From assembly GCA_964559585.1 (NCBI GenBank), contig CAZLHE010000001.1:1-45254 (forward strand): a DNA stretch of 45,254 nucleotides, given 5' to 3'. Origin of the DNA: an uncultured Candidatus Saccharibacteria bacterium (GTDB taxonomy: Bacteria > Patescibacteriota > WWE3 > UBA101185 > UBA10185). Within the stretch, counting starts at the first letter, position 1. The number at the start of each line of letters is the position of its first letter. A program made the translations under genes and the position numbers. This document shows, piece after piece, positions 25,411 to 34,453 of the stretch. The notes under the pieces were generated by a model, which saw only the letters and a program-made list of their open reading frames with translations, had not been told where the DNA came from and made no database searches.

Positions 25411-25805
25411 GATACCTGTCTCTTGAAGAAGTTCTTATCCTCCACGACCACCAAATTGAAAAATATGGAGGGGAGTATGGCATATTAAACACCTCACTGT
25501 TAGAGTCAGCAGTTTTTAGGCCACAGATGACTCTAAGTGGTAAAGAAGTTTTCCCAAGTGTATTTGAAAAAGCAGCTGTTTTAGCAGTTTCGTTGATTCA
25601 GTTTCACCCCTTTTTAGATGGAAACAAGAGAACGGGGCTTTATTCAGCGCTGGTATTTTTAAGACTTAATGATGTCAAAGTGAGTATTAGAGATTCCGCT
25701 TTGGTTAAACTCGGGATCAGAATTGCTACGAATAAGATCCCCCTGAAAGAAGTGGTTTCTATATTTGAAAGAGGAAGCAAGTCAAAAACGAAGAGGAAAA
25801 ACTAG
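25407..25805 (+). CDS. doc: Doc (death-on-curing) family Fic-fold toxin
   Basis: 132 aa. The motif HPFLDGNKRTG matches the Doc-type Fic motif HxFx(D/N)(A/G)NKR. Confidence 0.85.
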   Translation: MRYLSLEEVLILHDHQIEKYGGEYGILNTSLLESAVFRPQMTLSGKEVFPSVFEKAAVLAVSLIQFHPFLDGNKRTGLYSALVFLRLNDVKVSIRDSALVKLGIRIATNKIPLKEVVSIFERGSKSKTKRKN

Positions 25806-26182
25806 ATTCCATACTTATCAGGTATTCCGAAAATATAATCCTGTTCCAACTCGAGTTTCTTAAGTGTTTTTATGTCCGGTCTCCATCTATATTTTTCGAT
25901 ATCAATTTTTAAACTCCTTCTGACCTCTACACCCTCTTTCTCTAGAAGTTTTTGTTGATGGTCCGCGGTGTGCTCAAGGCATTTTGTACTTATTCTTCCG
26001 GCATTGTTTATGACTCTCCACCAAGGGGTTTTCCCGTCCTCACCCGATAGATGAAGTACCCAACCAACCTGAAGTGCGGCTCTTGGAACTCCAGCCATTA
26101 GAGATACCTGACCGTAGCTTACGACTTTTCCATAAGGAACTTTTCTCACAATTTTTATAATTCGGTTCGTAAATTTAGACAT
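25802..26182 (-). CDS. alkyltransferase-like protein (ATL/YbaZ type; MGMT DNA-binding domain lacking the acceptor Cys)
   Basis: 126 aa. The sequence VPYGKVVSYGQVSLMAGVPRAALQVGWVL...TPWWRVINNAGRIS has PWWRV where MGMT has PCHRV. Confidence 0.8.
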   Translation of the reverse strand: MSKFTNRIIKIVRKVPYGKVVSYGQVSLMAGVPRAALQVGWVLHLSGEDGKTPWWRVINNAGRISTKCLEHTADHQQKLLEKEGVEVRRSLKIDIEKYRWRPDIKTLKKLELEQDYIFGIPDKYGI

Positions 26183-26229
26183 GCATGGATATTATAGGAA
26201 TGTTAAAATGACAATGCAAAATGTGTCTT

Positions 26230-26320
26230 GGAGGGATACCGAAGTGGTCATAACGGGCTGGTCTCGAAAACCAAGCGTGGCGCAAGTCACCCGAGAGTTC
26301 GAATCTCTCTCCCTCCGCCA
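26230..26320 (+). tRNA. tRNA-Ser (anticodon CGA), CCA encoded
   Basis: The acceptor GGAGGGA/TCCCTCC pairs, with G73 and CCA. The anticodon loop is CTCGAAA on a 4-bp stem plus a C:A mismatch. It has a long variable arm and a T loop TTCGAAT. Confidence 0.85.
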
Positions 26321-26349
26321 TGCTACAATCTATTAAGTAAGATTAAGAT

Positions 26350-26574
26350 ATGAAAAAAGACAAACATCTTTTACTTATAATTCTTCTTGTGGCTCTTGTT
26401 ATTTCTGCATTTGCACTGACCCTCCTTTACAAAGGGATGAGTTCCGTTAAAGGGAAGGCTATTAGTTGTGGTGGAGATTGGAGTTACAATGTAAAATGCC
26501 CTTTGGGAACCTATTGCAAATCTTTAAATCAAGGGCCTTTAGCTGGAGGGGTTTGTACTCCTTTGGGTAAGTAA
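26350..26574 (+). CDS. small N-terminally anchored Cys-containing protein (hypothetical)
   Basis: 74 aa. A TM helix LLLIILLVALVISAFALTLLY is followed by CGGDWSYNVKCPLGTYCKSLNQGPLAGGVC. Confidence 0.45.
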   Translation: MKKDKHLLLIILLVALVISAFALTLLYKGMSSVKGKAISCGGDWSYNVKCPLGTYCKSLNQGPLAGGVCTPLGK

Positions 26575-26723
26575 CTCGAGTAAAAAGTTTCTAATACATT
26601 CCACTTCCCCTGCTATGTGTCAAAATCGTTATAGCTGTTTTTCCATTTTCTTATTTTTCTTACTGTACGCCAATGATACTACACTCCCCAAGTCATGTTA
26701 AAATCTCTGTTGTTATCAGTTTT

Positions 26724-26814
26724 GGAGGGATCGCATAGTTGGTCTAGTGCGCAGTCCTGGAAAGACTGTATGGGAGTAATCTCATCGGGGGTTCGAATCC
26801 CCCTCCCTCCGCCA
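26724..26814 (+). tRNA. tRNA-Ser (anticodon GGA), CCA encoded
   Basis: The acceptor GGAGGGA/TCCCTCC pairs, with G73 and CCA. The anticodon stem CAGTC/GACTG closes the loop CTGGAAA. It has a long variable arm and a T arm GGGGG-TTCGAAT-CCCCC. Confidence 0.9.
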
Positions 26815-26872
26815 TGTATATACTTTGGAACATATTCAGACTTTACGAAGAAGTTGCACTATAATAAGTTAT

Positions 26873-27175
26873 ATGAAGAAAGCAATTTTTAAGTCTCTAT
26901 TTTTCTCTTTTATACTAACTAACCTTTCCTTCCTAGTAAAAAAGCCTGTGATTTGTGATAGCGGAAGTTTGTTTGTTGTTTCGTTTGCACCTGACTGTGT
27001 TAGTGAAAAGGTCGCTTATTTTTTAAGAGGGTGGCCAGTTGAGTTCTTTTGGAGCAATAAAACAGGTTTTGTATTGATATGGTATTTGGTAGATATCCTA
27101 ATTTATTTATGTGTAGGATTGTTTATATTTTCAATAGTAATTCCAATATTTAATAAATTCCTGCTAAAAAAATAA
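26873..27175 (+). CDS. small membrane protein (hypothetical)
   Basis: 100 aa from the ATG at 26873, which lies 7 nt after TATAAT (26860-26865). The track ORF from 26825 would start almost inside the tRNA. There are three hydrophobic segments. The stop is followed immediately by repeat A. Confidence 0.45.
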   Translation: MKKAIFKSLFFSFILTNLSFLVKKPVICDSGSLFVVSFAPDCVSEKVAYFLRGWPVEFFWSNKTGFVLIWYLVDILIYLCVGLFIFSIVIPIFNKFLLKK

Positions 27176-27205
27176 GTTCCAAGTGCGTCCCACGCCCTCC
27201 GTCAG
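27176..27205. repeat. tRNA-Ser 3'-end-like repeat, copy A
   Basis: GTTCCAAGTGCGTCCCACGCCCTCCGTCAG starts directly after a TAA stop. It matches copy B at 27 of 30 positions. Confidence 0.55.
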
Positions 27206-27251
27206 AATATGCCTCTGGAACTACTACATAAATTTAGATACACTTTTGTTA

Positions 27252-27503
27252 ATGCAAAAAGTATTACGGTTTATCAAACCTTCTTTAAGAAAAATTGTGG
27301 TTTTTCTTTTAGTTTGGGCTCTCATAGCAATAGTTTCCCACCTGTTTTACTCTTCCTGTCTATTTGCTGATTGCTTTGCCAATGGTCAGAGGGCGCCGTG
27401 TTGTAGTGATTTACACTCAACCCTAGCTGTTGTTCTATACAGAGCGAAACTGATATTTCCTTTAACTTCTTACGTAATAGCTTGCTATATCATTAAGAAG
27501 TAA
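27252..27503 (+). CDS. small membrane protein (hypothetical)
   Basis: 83 aa from the ATG at 27252. The track start at 27183 lies inside repeat A. The sequence MQKVLRFIKPSLRKIVVFLLVWALIAIVSHLF has one clear TM helix and 4 Cys. The stop is followed immediately by repeat B. Confidence 0.4.
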   Translation: MQKVLRFIKPSLRKIVVFLLVWALIAIVSHLFYSSCLFADCFANGQRAPCCSDLHSTLAVVLYRAKLIFPLTSYVIACYIIKK

Positions 27504-27533
27504 GTTCCAAGTACGTCCCACCCCCTCCGCCAG
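27504..27533. repeat. tRNA-Ser 3'-end-like repeat, copy B
   Basis: In GTTCCAAGTACGTCCCACCCCCTCCGCCAG, the tail CCCACCCCCTCCGCCA matches the 3' end CCCACCTTCTCCGCCA of the tRNA at 20147-20234 at 14 of 16 positions. Confidence 0.55.
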
Positions 27534-27628
27534 TTATTGAACGCACGTCCCATTATTTTCAAACAAGTCTACTTTCACTAGAGACTCATTGCTGTTGGTT
27601 TTGTTTTTCATATGTTATATAAATATTT

Positions 27629-27826
27629 ATGTTGTTGCTTACTAAACCCCAACTTAAAAGATTTTCGAATATATTTGACAATATCGGTCAAGTTTTGCTT
27701 GGATCATTAATATTAGACCTGTTGCTTAATCCGACAAATACATCTGGTGTTATAATAACGTTAGGCATACCCATGACCTTGGTGGTCTGGTGGGTGTCTT
27801 TAAAAATTGAAAGGGGTTCCTTATGA
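27629..27826 (+). CDS. small membrane protein, cassette gene 1 (copy 2)
   Basis: 65 aa: MLLLTKPQLKRFSNIFDNIGQVLLGSLILDLLL...VVWWVSLKIERGSL. It is a paralogue of 20304..20507. Confidence 0.55.
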   Translation: MLLLTKPQLKRFSNIFDNIGQVLLGSLILDLLLNPTNTSGVIITLGIPMTLVVWWVSLKIERGSL

Positions 27827-27936
27827 ATGTAGCTTCAATAAATACTACTTTGCTCATCTATATCTGCCTTGGAGTTATTTCAATAATAGTGTTGCTGCTT
27901 GTTTTTCTAGGAAATGAACCTCGAATTAAGAAATAG
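27823..27936 (+). CDS. 37-aa single-TM peptide, cassette gene 2 (copy 2)
   Basis: The peptide is MNVASINTTLLIYICLGVISIIVLLLVFLGNEPRIKK. It has an ATGA overlap with gene 1 and was translated by hand. Confidence 0.5.
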   Translation: MNVASINTTLLIYICLGVISIIVLLLVFLGNEPRIKK

Positions 27937-28238
27937 CTGATATTAAACTCTTTGATATTTCTCATACAGCGTCTTAAAATTTGCACATATGCAAGAAAGT
28001 AAAAACCAAGACTGTAGTAGTTGTTTTTCTTTTTGTCATTGTAATCGTTTCGGGGCTTGTGATGGTAAGCTTGTACAAGAAACAATCCGCAGTGGTCAAG
28101 GGTGCAAGCACCTACATAAAATAAGATCTGTTTGGAAGAAGTTATAAATACTCATGAGAATAGAACATTTCCTTTTGTAAAAACAATAAAACTATGCTAT
28201 ACAATGCTTGGTAGCCAAGTTTTAGGCTTAATATAAAC

Positions 28239-30008
28239 ATGGAAGACACAGTAACTCAGATAAAACAAAAATTAGACATTGTTGATGTGATTGGAAGCTA
28301 TGTAAGTCTTAAAAAATCGGGTAGAAATTACAAAACTACCTGTCCTTTTCATTCAGAGAAAACCCCCTCCTTTATGGTTTCTCAGGCTCTTCAGATATTT
28401 AAGTGTTTTGGCTGCGGCGTTGCCGGAGATATGTTTAATTTCGTTGAGCAGATTGAAGGAGTTGATTTTCCAAGGGCAATGGAGATTTTGGCTGATAGGG
28501 CCGGGGTAAAGATTGTAAAATATGACCAATTTGAAGAACAAAACAATCAGAAAAAGCAGATTTACTACATAAACGACCTTGCGACCCAGTTTTATGAGTA
28601 TATTTTGTTAAAACAAAAGGCTGGAAAGAAAGCTTTAGATTATTTGAAGAAAGAGAGAAAACTTACAGAAGCAACAATTCGAGAATTTAGACTTGGTTAC
28701 GCGCCGGATTCTTGGGACACTCTTTATAAATTTTTACTTTTAAAGAAAATAAAAATCGAAGATATGGTTATGGCGGGAGTTATTATTAAAAAAGCTAACG
28801 GAAGTGGGTATCTGGATAAATTTAAGGGAAGAATAATCTTTCCTCTTACGGGAATCGATGGAAAAGTTATTGGTTTCACAGCCAGAACAATTTTTAACAG
28901 AGAACCCAAGTATCTAAACACAAGCGATACCCCCGTGTTTCACAAATCATTTTTTCTGTTTGGTCTTGATAAAAGTAGGGTTGCGATAAAAACCGAAGGT
29001 GCGGTTTTTGTTGAGGGTCAGATGGATCTTATAAGTGCTTATCAGTCGGGGATTAAGAATTTGATATGTGTTTCGGGTACGGCAATGACTGATAATCAAT
29101 TGGTAATTCTTTCAAGATACACATCAGACGTGACATTTTGTTTCGACTCGGATTTTGCCGGTGTAGAGGCATCTTATAGAGCCATTGAAATTGCGGAAAG
29201 AAGAAATTTTAATGTAAAAGTAGCAATAATCCCCTCTCCTTATAAAGATTTAGATGAACTTATTAATGCAAATCTTGATGAAGCCAAGAAAGTTTTACAA
29301 AACGGAGTCCCAGTATACGACTATTTTTTAGTTACGACACTCAAGAAATACAACAAGGCTACGGCCCTGGGTAAGAAAAACATTATGGAGGATCTCGTTC
29401 CTTTGTTTTCAAAAATATCAAACAAGGTTTTGTTGGATCACTATGCAAAAAGAATATCTTCTGAGCTGAATGTTTCTTTGGAAACCGTTTACTCAATGCT
29501 TAAGGATAATACGAAAGAAGAAAGGGAAAGCAGAGGGGAATTTAAGGATGACGATGCAAGGTCTTCAGAGAAGATTCACATAGAAGGATATCTGATTTCT
29601 CTTCTTCTAAAATCTTCTGTAGAGATATCCCAGGAATTTATAGGAGAGCTGGGAAAAGAGGATTTTGAAAACGAAGAAATTGGAGAGATTTACGAAGTTT
29701 TAGCTAAATACCTGAAAAGTAGAAAGACTGCCGTTAACATAAAATCATTTCTTGGAAAGCTTGACGAAAATAAATCTAAAGTCGCTTCAGAGCTTTACCT
29801 AAGGGATTTGGATGGAAAAGAAGAACTTGAGGAAAGACTTCTTAAGCGGGAGCTTAAGGATTTGGTTAAAAGATTGAAAAACGAATCGGTTAAAAGGCAG
29901 TTGAAAAGTATAAGCGAAGAGATTAAAATAGCCGAGATCGAAAGGAGAACCTCTGAGTTAGAAAGGCTTACAAAGAAGTTTGAAAAGTTGTCAAAGAGCC
30001 TTTTATAG
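28239..30008 (+). CDS. dnaG: DNA primase DnaG
   Basis: 589 aa. The CHC2 zinc finger reads CPFHSEKTPSFMVS...FKCFGCG. The RNA-polymerase core has IIFPL and the TOPRIM region reads VFVEGQMDLIS...FDSDFAG. Confidence 0.9.
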   Translation: MEDTVTQIKQKLDIVDVIGSYVSLKKSGRNYKTTCPFHSEKTPSFMVSQALQIFKCFGCGVAGDMFNFVEQIEGVDFPRAMEILADRAGVKIVKYDQFEEQNNQKKQIYYINDLATQFYEYILLKQKAGKKALDYLKKERKLTEATIREFRLGYAPDSWDTLYKFLLLKKIKIEDMVMAGVIIKKANGSGYLDKFKGRIIFPLTGIDGKVIGFTARTIFNREPKYLNTSDTPVFHKSFFLFGLDKSRVAIKTEGAVFVEGQMDLISAYQSGIKNLICVSGTAMTDNQLVILSRYTSDVTFCFDSDFAGVEASYRAIEIAERRNFNVKVAIIPSPYKDLDELINANLDEAKKVLQNGVPVYDYFLVTTLKKYNKATALGKKNIMEDLVPLFSKISNKVLLDHYAKRISSELNVSLETVYSMLKDNTKEERESRGEFKDDDARSSEKIHIEGYLISLLLKSSVEISQEFIGELGKEDFENEEIGEIYEVLAKYLKSRKTAVNIKSFLGKLDENKSKVASELYLRDLDGKEELEERLLKRELKDLVKRLKNESVKRQLKSISEEIKIAEIERRTSELERLTKKFEKLSKSLL

Positions 30009-30051
30009 AGTATAAATTTTTTGTACGAAGTTGCCTATTTTTCCATTAATT

Positions 30052-31401
30052 ATGCAAAAAAAACCAAAGAAAGTTTCTTTAAAAAAGGTAGCTAAAAAGG
30101 TAATAAAAAGAGTTTCTAAAAATCTGAAGAAGGAAGTTAAGAGAGTTGAGAAACCAGCTAAAAAGGTAGTAAGGAAAAAAGATAAGACTTCTGTGAGAAA
30201 ACCGGGAATAAAAAAAACCAGAGTGGTTGTTTTAAAAGCTTCCAAAAAATCCAAGAGGATCGAAAAGCTAGAAGAAGAGGAATTGCTTGGTGAAGAAGGT
30301 ATTAAAGCCGAGAAAGAAAAAAGAGTAAAAATAGATTCCAGAGATCTTGGCATTAAAAAGCTTGTTAAAAAGGGGAAAAAGCAGGGCTACTTAACGCTTG
30401 ATGATGTTTTAGTTTTATTTCCAGACGCAGAAGATGATATAGAAACACTCGATTTCCTTTACGAGAAATTACTTGATGCGGGCATTGACGTTTTTGATAT
30501 GGATTCCGAAAAGGAAGCTTCTAAGCTTGCTAAGCTGGAAGAGATAGATTTAACGAAAATCAAACTGGATAAAACAACTACGTCCGATCCTGTAAGAATG
30601 TATTTAAAAGAAATCGGAAGCTATAATCTTTTAACAAAAGACGAGGAGGTAGAGCTTGCAAAAAGAGTTGAGAAGAGCGACGAGGACGCAAAAATAAGAT
30701 TGGCAAGAGCAAATCTAAGACTTGTTGTTTCAATAGCGAAAAAATATATGGGGAGAGGCTTGATGTTTTTAGATCTTATACAGGAAGGAAACATTGGTCT
30801 TATGAGAGCTGTTGATAAGTTTGATTGGAGAAGGGGGTTTAAATTTTCAACATACGCAACCTGGTGGATAAGGCAGGCAATAACCAGAGCAATTGCAGAT
30901 CAGGCAAAAACCATAAGAATTCCGGTTCACATGGTTGAAACTATCAATAAATACAAAAAAATCGAAAGACAGCTAGAACAAAAACTCGAAAGAGCACCGA
31001 CACCTGAAGAAATTGCAAAAATAATGGAAATTGAGCCTGAAAAAGCGCATGAAATCGTGAAAATTTCCCAATCAACCACATCTTTGGAAACCCCGGTTGG
31101 GAAAGAAGAAGATACAAGACTTAAGGAATTCATTGAGGACGAGGTGACATTATCTCCGTTCGAATCCGCAAGCAGGGAACTTTTGAAAGATCATATTGGG
31201 GATGTTCTTCGTACCTTAAACGCTAGAGAAAAAAGGGTCTTGGAACTAAGATTCGGTCTTAAGGATGGAAGAACAAGAACTTTGGAAGAGGTGGGGAGAG
31301 AGTTTGGAGTTACAAGGGAAAGAATTAGGCAGATAGAAGCAAAGGCTTTGAGAAAACTCAGACATCCATCAAGAAGCAAGAGACTAAGAGACTATTTATA
31401 A
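30052..31401 (+). CDS. rpoD: RNA polymerase primary sigma factor (RpoD/SigA) with Lys-rich N-terminal extension
   Basis: The ATG at 30052 is preferred over the TTG at 30031 used by the track. Region 2 reads [44 protein letters not shown]. Region 4 reads [12 protein letters not shown]...[28 protein letters not shown]. Confidence 0.9.
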   Translation: MQKKPKKVSLKKVAKKVIKRVSKNLKKEVKRVEKPAKKVVRKKDKTSVRKPGIKKTRVVVLKASKKSKRIEKLEEEELLGEEGIKAEKEKRVKIDSRDLGIKKLVKKGKKQGYLTLDDVLVLFPDAEDDIETLDFLYEKLLDAGIDVFDMDSEKEASKLAKLEEIDLTKIKLDKTTTSDPVRMYLKEIGSYNLLTKDEEVELAKRVEKSDEDAKIRLARANLRLVVSIAKKYMGRGLMFLDLIQEGNIGLMRAVDKFDWRRGFKFSTYATWWIRQAITRAIADQAKTIRIPVHMVETINKYKKIERQLEQKLERAPTPEEIAKIMEIEPEKAHEIVKISQSTTSLETPVGKEEDTRLKEFIEDEVTLSPFESASRELLKDHIGDVLRTLNAREKRVLELRFGLKDGRTRTLEEVGREFGVTRERIRQIEAKALRKLRHPSRSKRLRDYL

Positions 31402-31413
31402 AGATACCTCAAG

Positions 31414-31779
31414 CTAACTAACAATCTGGTCGAATATAGCTGAGACTAGCTCAATGAATTTCATCCAGCTGTTGACGAAGAAAGCATTTATATTTCCAAG
31501 AGCTTTGGTCGTATTTACAAAGGAGGTTGCATCTTTTGATACTGTTTTTTTATCCACAGTAATGTCAACTTGAGGTTTGAGATTTTCGTTGAGACTGGTA
31601 CCTATTACTACACCATCTTCATTATAAAAAACAATTTGACCGAGCGACTTGGATCCGAGAACAGTTGAATTCTCACTTTGAATATCCTCGGGAAGTGTCA
31701 GATTTGAAACAGCGGTGTGTTTTTTATTTAGAACTAAAAAGAATATGGAAAGCAACACCACAAATGCAACTAAAACCAC
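31414..31779 (-). CDS. N-terminally anchored hypothetical protein
   Basis: 121 aa with a GTG start. It has one TM helix (VLVAFVVLLSIFFLVL) and no recognisable domain. Confidence 0.4.
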   Translation of the reverse strand: MVLVAFVVLLSIFFLVLNKKHTAVSNLTLPEDIQSENSTVLGSKSLGQIVFYNEDGVVIGTSLNENLKPQVDITVDKKTVSKDATSFVNTTKALGNINAFFVNSWMKFIELVSAIFDQIVS

Positions 31780-32016
31780 AACCGAAACCTTACTATTTAG
31801 TAGCCTTTTACTTATAAGCGCAGCTTTTTTGGAAAGTGTTGTTATATATATAATTTAACAGAAAAAGACCCTTTAGATAAGTCCGGCCCGCCCCTTTATT
31901 AACAGGAAGGATTTATAGCAAACTTGTAAATAATTTTAGTAAAGTTTCTTCCTACTTGGTTTGTTTGTTGCATTTGTGATATAAGAATTAAAAACCTATT
32001 TAAAAGGAGAGTAAAA

Positions 32017-32529
32017 ATGGATACCCGTAATAGACCGTCGTGGGATCATTTCTGGTTTGTTCAAGCAATGATGTATTCTACCAGAGGAACCTGCGATAGA
32101 CTAAGGACAGCCTGCATCATTGTGAAAGACAAACATTTGGTTGGTGCTGGATACAACGGATCTCCAAAAGGAGCTCCTCACTGTGATGACGAGGGTGTTG
32201 GTCATCTAATGATCGATGATCACTGTGAAAGGACTCTTCATGGTGAGGAGAACGCAATTATTAATACCGAAAGACCAAATCTCGTCGGTGCGACTGCATA
32301 TACAATCGGAACTCCCTGTATCAGGTGTGCAAAGCTTTTGGTAAACTCTGGAGTTTTGGAAGTAAAATATCTTGGAACTTACGAGAACTCTCGAGGCAAG
32401 GAATATATCGATCAGCTTTCCAAACAGTCAAAAGTTAAGTTTACTCCCTGCAGCGAAGACCCAAAAGATCTTTTGGAGGAGGCCATCGGAAGACTAGGCG
32501 AAAAAGGTGGGGTACTGGCGAAAAAATAG
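32017..32529 (+). CDS. deoxycytidylate (dCMP) deaminase, ComEB family
   Basis: 170 aa. The SD AAGGAGAG lies 7 nt upstream. The zinc motifs are HGEENAI and PCIRCAKLL. Confidence 0.85.
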   Translation: MDTRNRPSWDHFWFVQAMMYSTRGTCDRLRTACIIVKDKHLVGAGYNGSPKGAPHCDDEGVGHLMIDDHCERTLHGEENAIINTERPNLVGATAYTIGTPCIRCAKLLVNSGVLEVKYLGTYENSRGKEYIDQLSKQSKVKFTPCSEDPKDLLEEAIGRLGEKGGVLAKK

Positions 32530-32550
32530 GAATTGAAAGGGGTAGAAACC

Positions 32551-32590
32551 AAAAAGGCACCAAAGTTTTAAATCAGGTGCCTTTTTATTT
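32551..32590. terminator. bidirectional rho-independent terminator
   Basis: An 11-bp perfect stem AAAAAGGCACC ... GGTGCCTTTTT is followed by ATTTT. It sits between convergent genes. Confidence 0.7.
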
Positions 32591-32609
32591 TCGATAATTT
32601 ACAACTTTA

Positions 32610-33041
32610 TTATTTGTAGGATTCTCTGATCTGAAAGATCAGGTACAAAGAAATTAGTGTGCCGATGGTTCCCCCTACTATATTAAAAGTGAATATCGCG
32701 TAAACAAAATAAAGTAAGATGGAGTAGACAAGAAAATTCCACCCTTTTATTGATTTGGCAAAAAGTCCCTTTATAGAAAGACCTCTTAATACAAGGTTAG
32801 CTACAAGGAAAACAACTATGAGCGTGAATCTCATTCCCCAATGGGCGAAGAAATACTCCTCCTTCCCATGGACCCCATAGTATGAGCTTGTTGCCAAAAT
32901 AGATAAAACAGCTGGGATGGCAATAACCACTGATAAAAGTGCTGCCCATGGTGCAAAATCTACTAGCAACTCCTTTATATTTTCCGGTAGAGCAGGAACC
33001 CTTCTTACGTATTTGTCTATTTCTTCTATTAGTTTTTTCAT
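32610..33041 (-). CDS. 4-TM membrane protein (hypothetical)
   Basis: 143 aa. The SD GAAGGAA lies upstream. It has four hydrophobic helices. Confidence 0.5.
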   Translation of the reverse strand: MKKLIEEIDKYVRRVPALPENIKELLVDFAPWAALLSVVIAIPAVLSILATSSYYGVHGKEEYFFAHWGMRFTLIVVFLVANLVLRGLSIKGLFAKSIKGWNFLVYSILLYFVYAIFTFNIVGGTIGTLISLYLIFQIRESYK

Positions 33042-33154
33042 AGATTTCCTTCAAAAAATAAATATTATTTTCTTTTCTAACTTATTTAAATAAAATATAA
33101 CATCTCCAATTGTTTTTTAATAACTGCCTTGTAGATTAATAAGGGTGATGGGAT

Positions 33155-33188
33155 AAAAAAGGAACTGAATTTTTACGTATTCAGTTCC
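33155..33188 (-). terminator. rho-independent terminator of the 33219..33560 gene
   Basis: A 10-bp stem GGAACTGAAT / ATTCAGTTCC with an 8-nt loop is followed on the minus strand by TTTTTT. Confidence 0.7.
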
Positions 33189-33218
33189 TTGGTTAGTCGC
33201 TAACTGATGGTGAGTGCA

Positions 33219-33560
33219 TTAAGTCTTTTGTTCAATCTCGTTTTCACTCACTTTTGCTTCTCCTTTCTTGTCAGTGTCGTGGAGTACGGTTAAAATTTCC
33301 TTTCGATATTTATCGTAAACGACGACCATCTCAGGAGAGCCACTTATGTGGACTTTCCATAAGGACCGGCGAAGAGACTCATTCCGAATAAAAATCGCTT
33401 CTTTTCTTTTTATTGCGTCAATGATTTGAGATCTGAGCTCGTTTGTAAGATGAATATTGTATCTTTCCAAGGCTCTTTCTCTGCTGTGATCGATTTCGTA
33501 TCTTTTCTTCCAGTTTTTTTTACCCTTACGACGGGACGGGATTATCGAGTAGTAGCTCAT
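33219..33560 (-). CDS. small basic hypothetical protein
   Basis: 113 aa, Lys/Arg-rich, with no TM helix and no recognised motif. It has its own terminator. Confidence 0.45.
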   Translation of the reverse strand: MSYYSIIPSRRKGKKNWKKRYEIDHSRERALERYNIHLTNELRSQIIDAIKRKEAIFIRNESLRRSLWKVHISGSPEMVVVYDKYRKEILTVLHDTDKKGEAKVSENEIEQKT

Positions 33561-33658
33561 GTGTGTCTCCTCTTTTTTAGATTTTGTTGCTGGATTATAT
33601 TCCTTTTCAAAAAGAGCATCAAATACTGCAAGATATATGAAAAATGTTTTATAACAAC

Positions 33659-34381
33659 TTAATATTTATTGTGCCCTTGTCTTTTTAGAAACTGTAGGGA
33701 TGTAGCCGATGTTACAAAGAAAAATACCGAGCACCAAAAAGCTGTATACGGGGGCTTAAATTTCGGGTCGGCAATCAAATAAGTTACCAGAATTATAAAA
33801 GTATAGATATAAACTTGAAATTTCATGATTCTGTCAAAGCTTTTTTGTTTTTCAATTTTGTTTATCCACACGCCCCAATAGAACATAGCCCCGCATAGGA
33901 TGCCAATAATAATTCCCAAGTACAAAGCAAGTTTACTGGAAATTATTGAGATTGGGAAAAACAAATTTAGTTCTCCTAAAAAAAGCATCACCAAAAGTGC
34001 TCCAGAATAAACTACTAAGTGCGATAGCCAAAGATGAAAATATTCTGAATGTTCAAAAACATCAAATAGGGGATCTTTTGATTTTTTTATTTGAAAAGAC
34101 TTAGTTAGGGAATGTATTACAACAAAAGAATAGGTGTAAAGAGCAATTACTGTGAGTGCGGTGTCGATCCAATACGTATCGTTGATACTTACCCCAAGTT
34201 CGTGCCTTAGATTGAAAAAAAGGGCTGTCTTTACCCAAATTATTATTGCCGGTGTCAAAACAAAGGCGTACAAAAACTGAACAAAATCCATTTTCATCAG
34301 CTCTTTTCTTCCGGAAAACCTATATGTAAGGGGTATCAAAAGCAAAAGAACAATTAATAGAAAGACTAGTGTTAGTCTCAT
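33659..34381 (-). CDS. 7-8 TM membrane protein (hypothetical)
   Basis: 240 aa and strongly hydrophobic throughout. Confidence 0.5.
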   Translation of the reverse strand: MRLTLVFLLIVLLLLIPLTYRFSGRKELMKMDFVQFLYAFVLTPAIIIWVKTALFFNLRHELGVSINDTYWIDTALTVIALYTYSFVVIHSLTKSFQIKKSKDPLFDVFEHSEYFHLWLSHLVVYSGALLVMLFLGELNLFFPISIISSKLALYLGIIIGILCGAMFYWGVWINKIEKQKSFDRIMKFQVYIYTFIILVTYLIADPKFKPPYTAFWCSVFFFVTSATSLQFLKRQGHNKY

Positions 34382-34453
34382 ATGAAATTATTACTTAATA
34401 ACCAAATATAGGTTAATTTATTCACTAACAAAGAGCGGACCTCACCCAAAATG

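Noticed and set aside
25077-25454. Minus-strand ORF overlapping the antitoxin and the Doc start
   Set aside because: The plus-strand genes have clear family motifs and 4-nt coupling, so the antisense ORF is incidental.
26695-26892. Track ORF 26695..26892 (+)
   Set aside because: It spans tRNA-Ser(GGA) at 26724..26814. The real downstream gene more plausibly starts at the ATG at 26873, which has a TATAAT 7 nt upstream.
27940-28130. Possible 46-aa single-TM ORF (TTG start, ...KTKTVVVVFLFVIVIVSGLVMVSLYKK...) after the second micro-cassette, and track ORF 27858..28085 (-)
   Set aside because: The plus-strand peptide looks membrane-like but has only a TTG start and no SD, -10 or paralogue. The minus-strand ORF overlaps the conserved 37-aa gene. 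Neither is called.
30003-30353. Minus-strand ORF 30003..30353
   Set aside because: It is antisense to the Lys-rich N-terminal extension of RpoD, and its Ser/Phe low complexity mirrors the AAA/GAA-rich sense strand.
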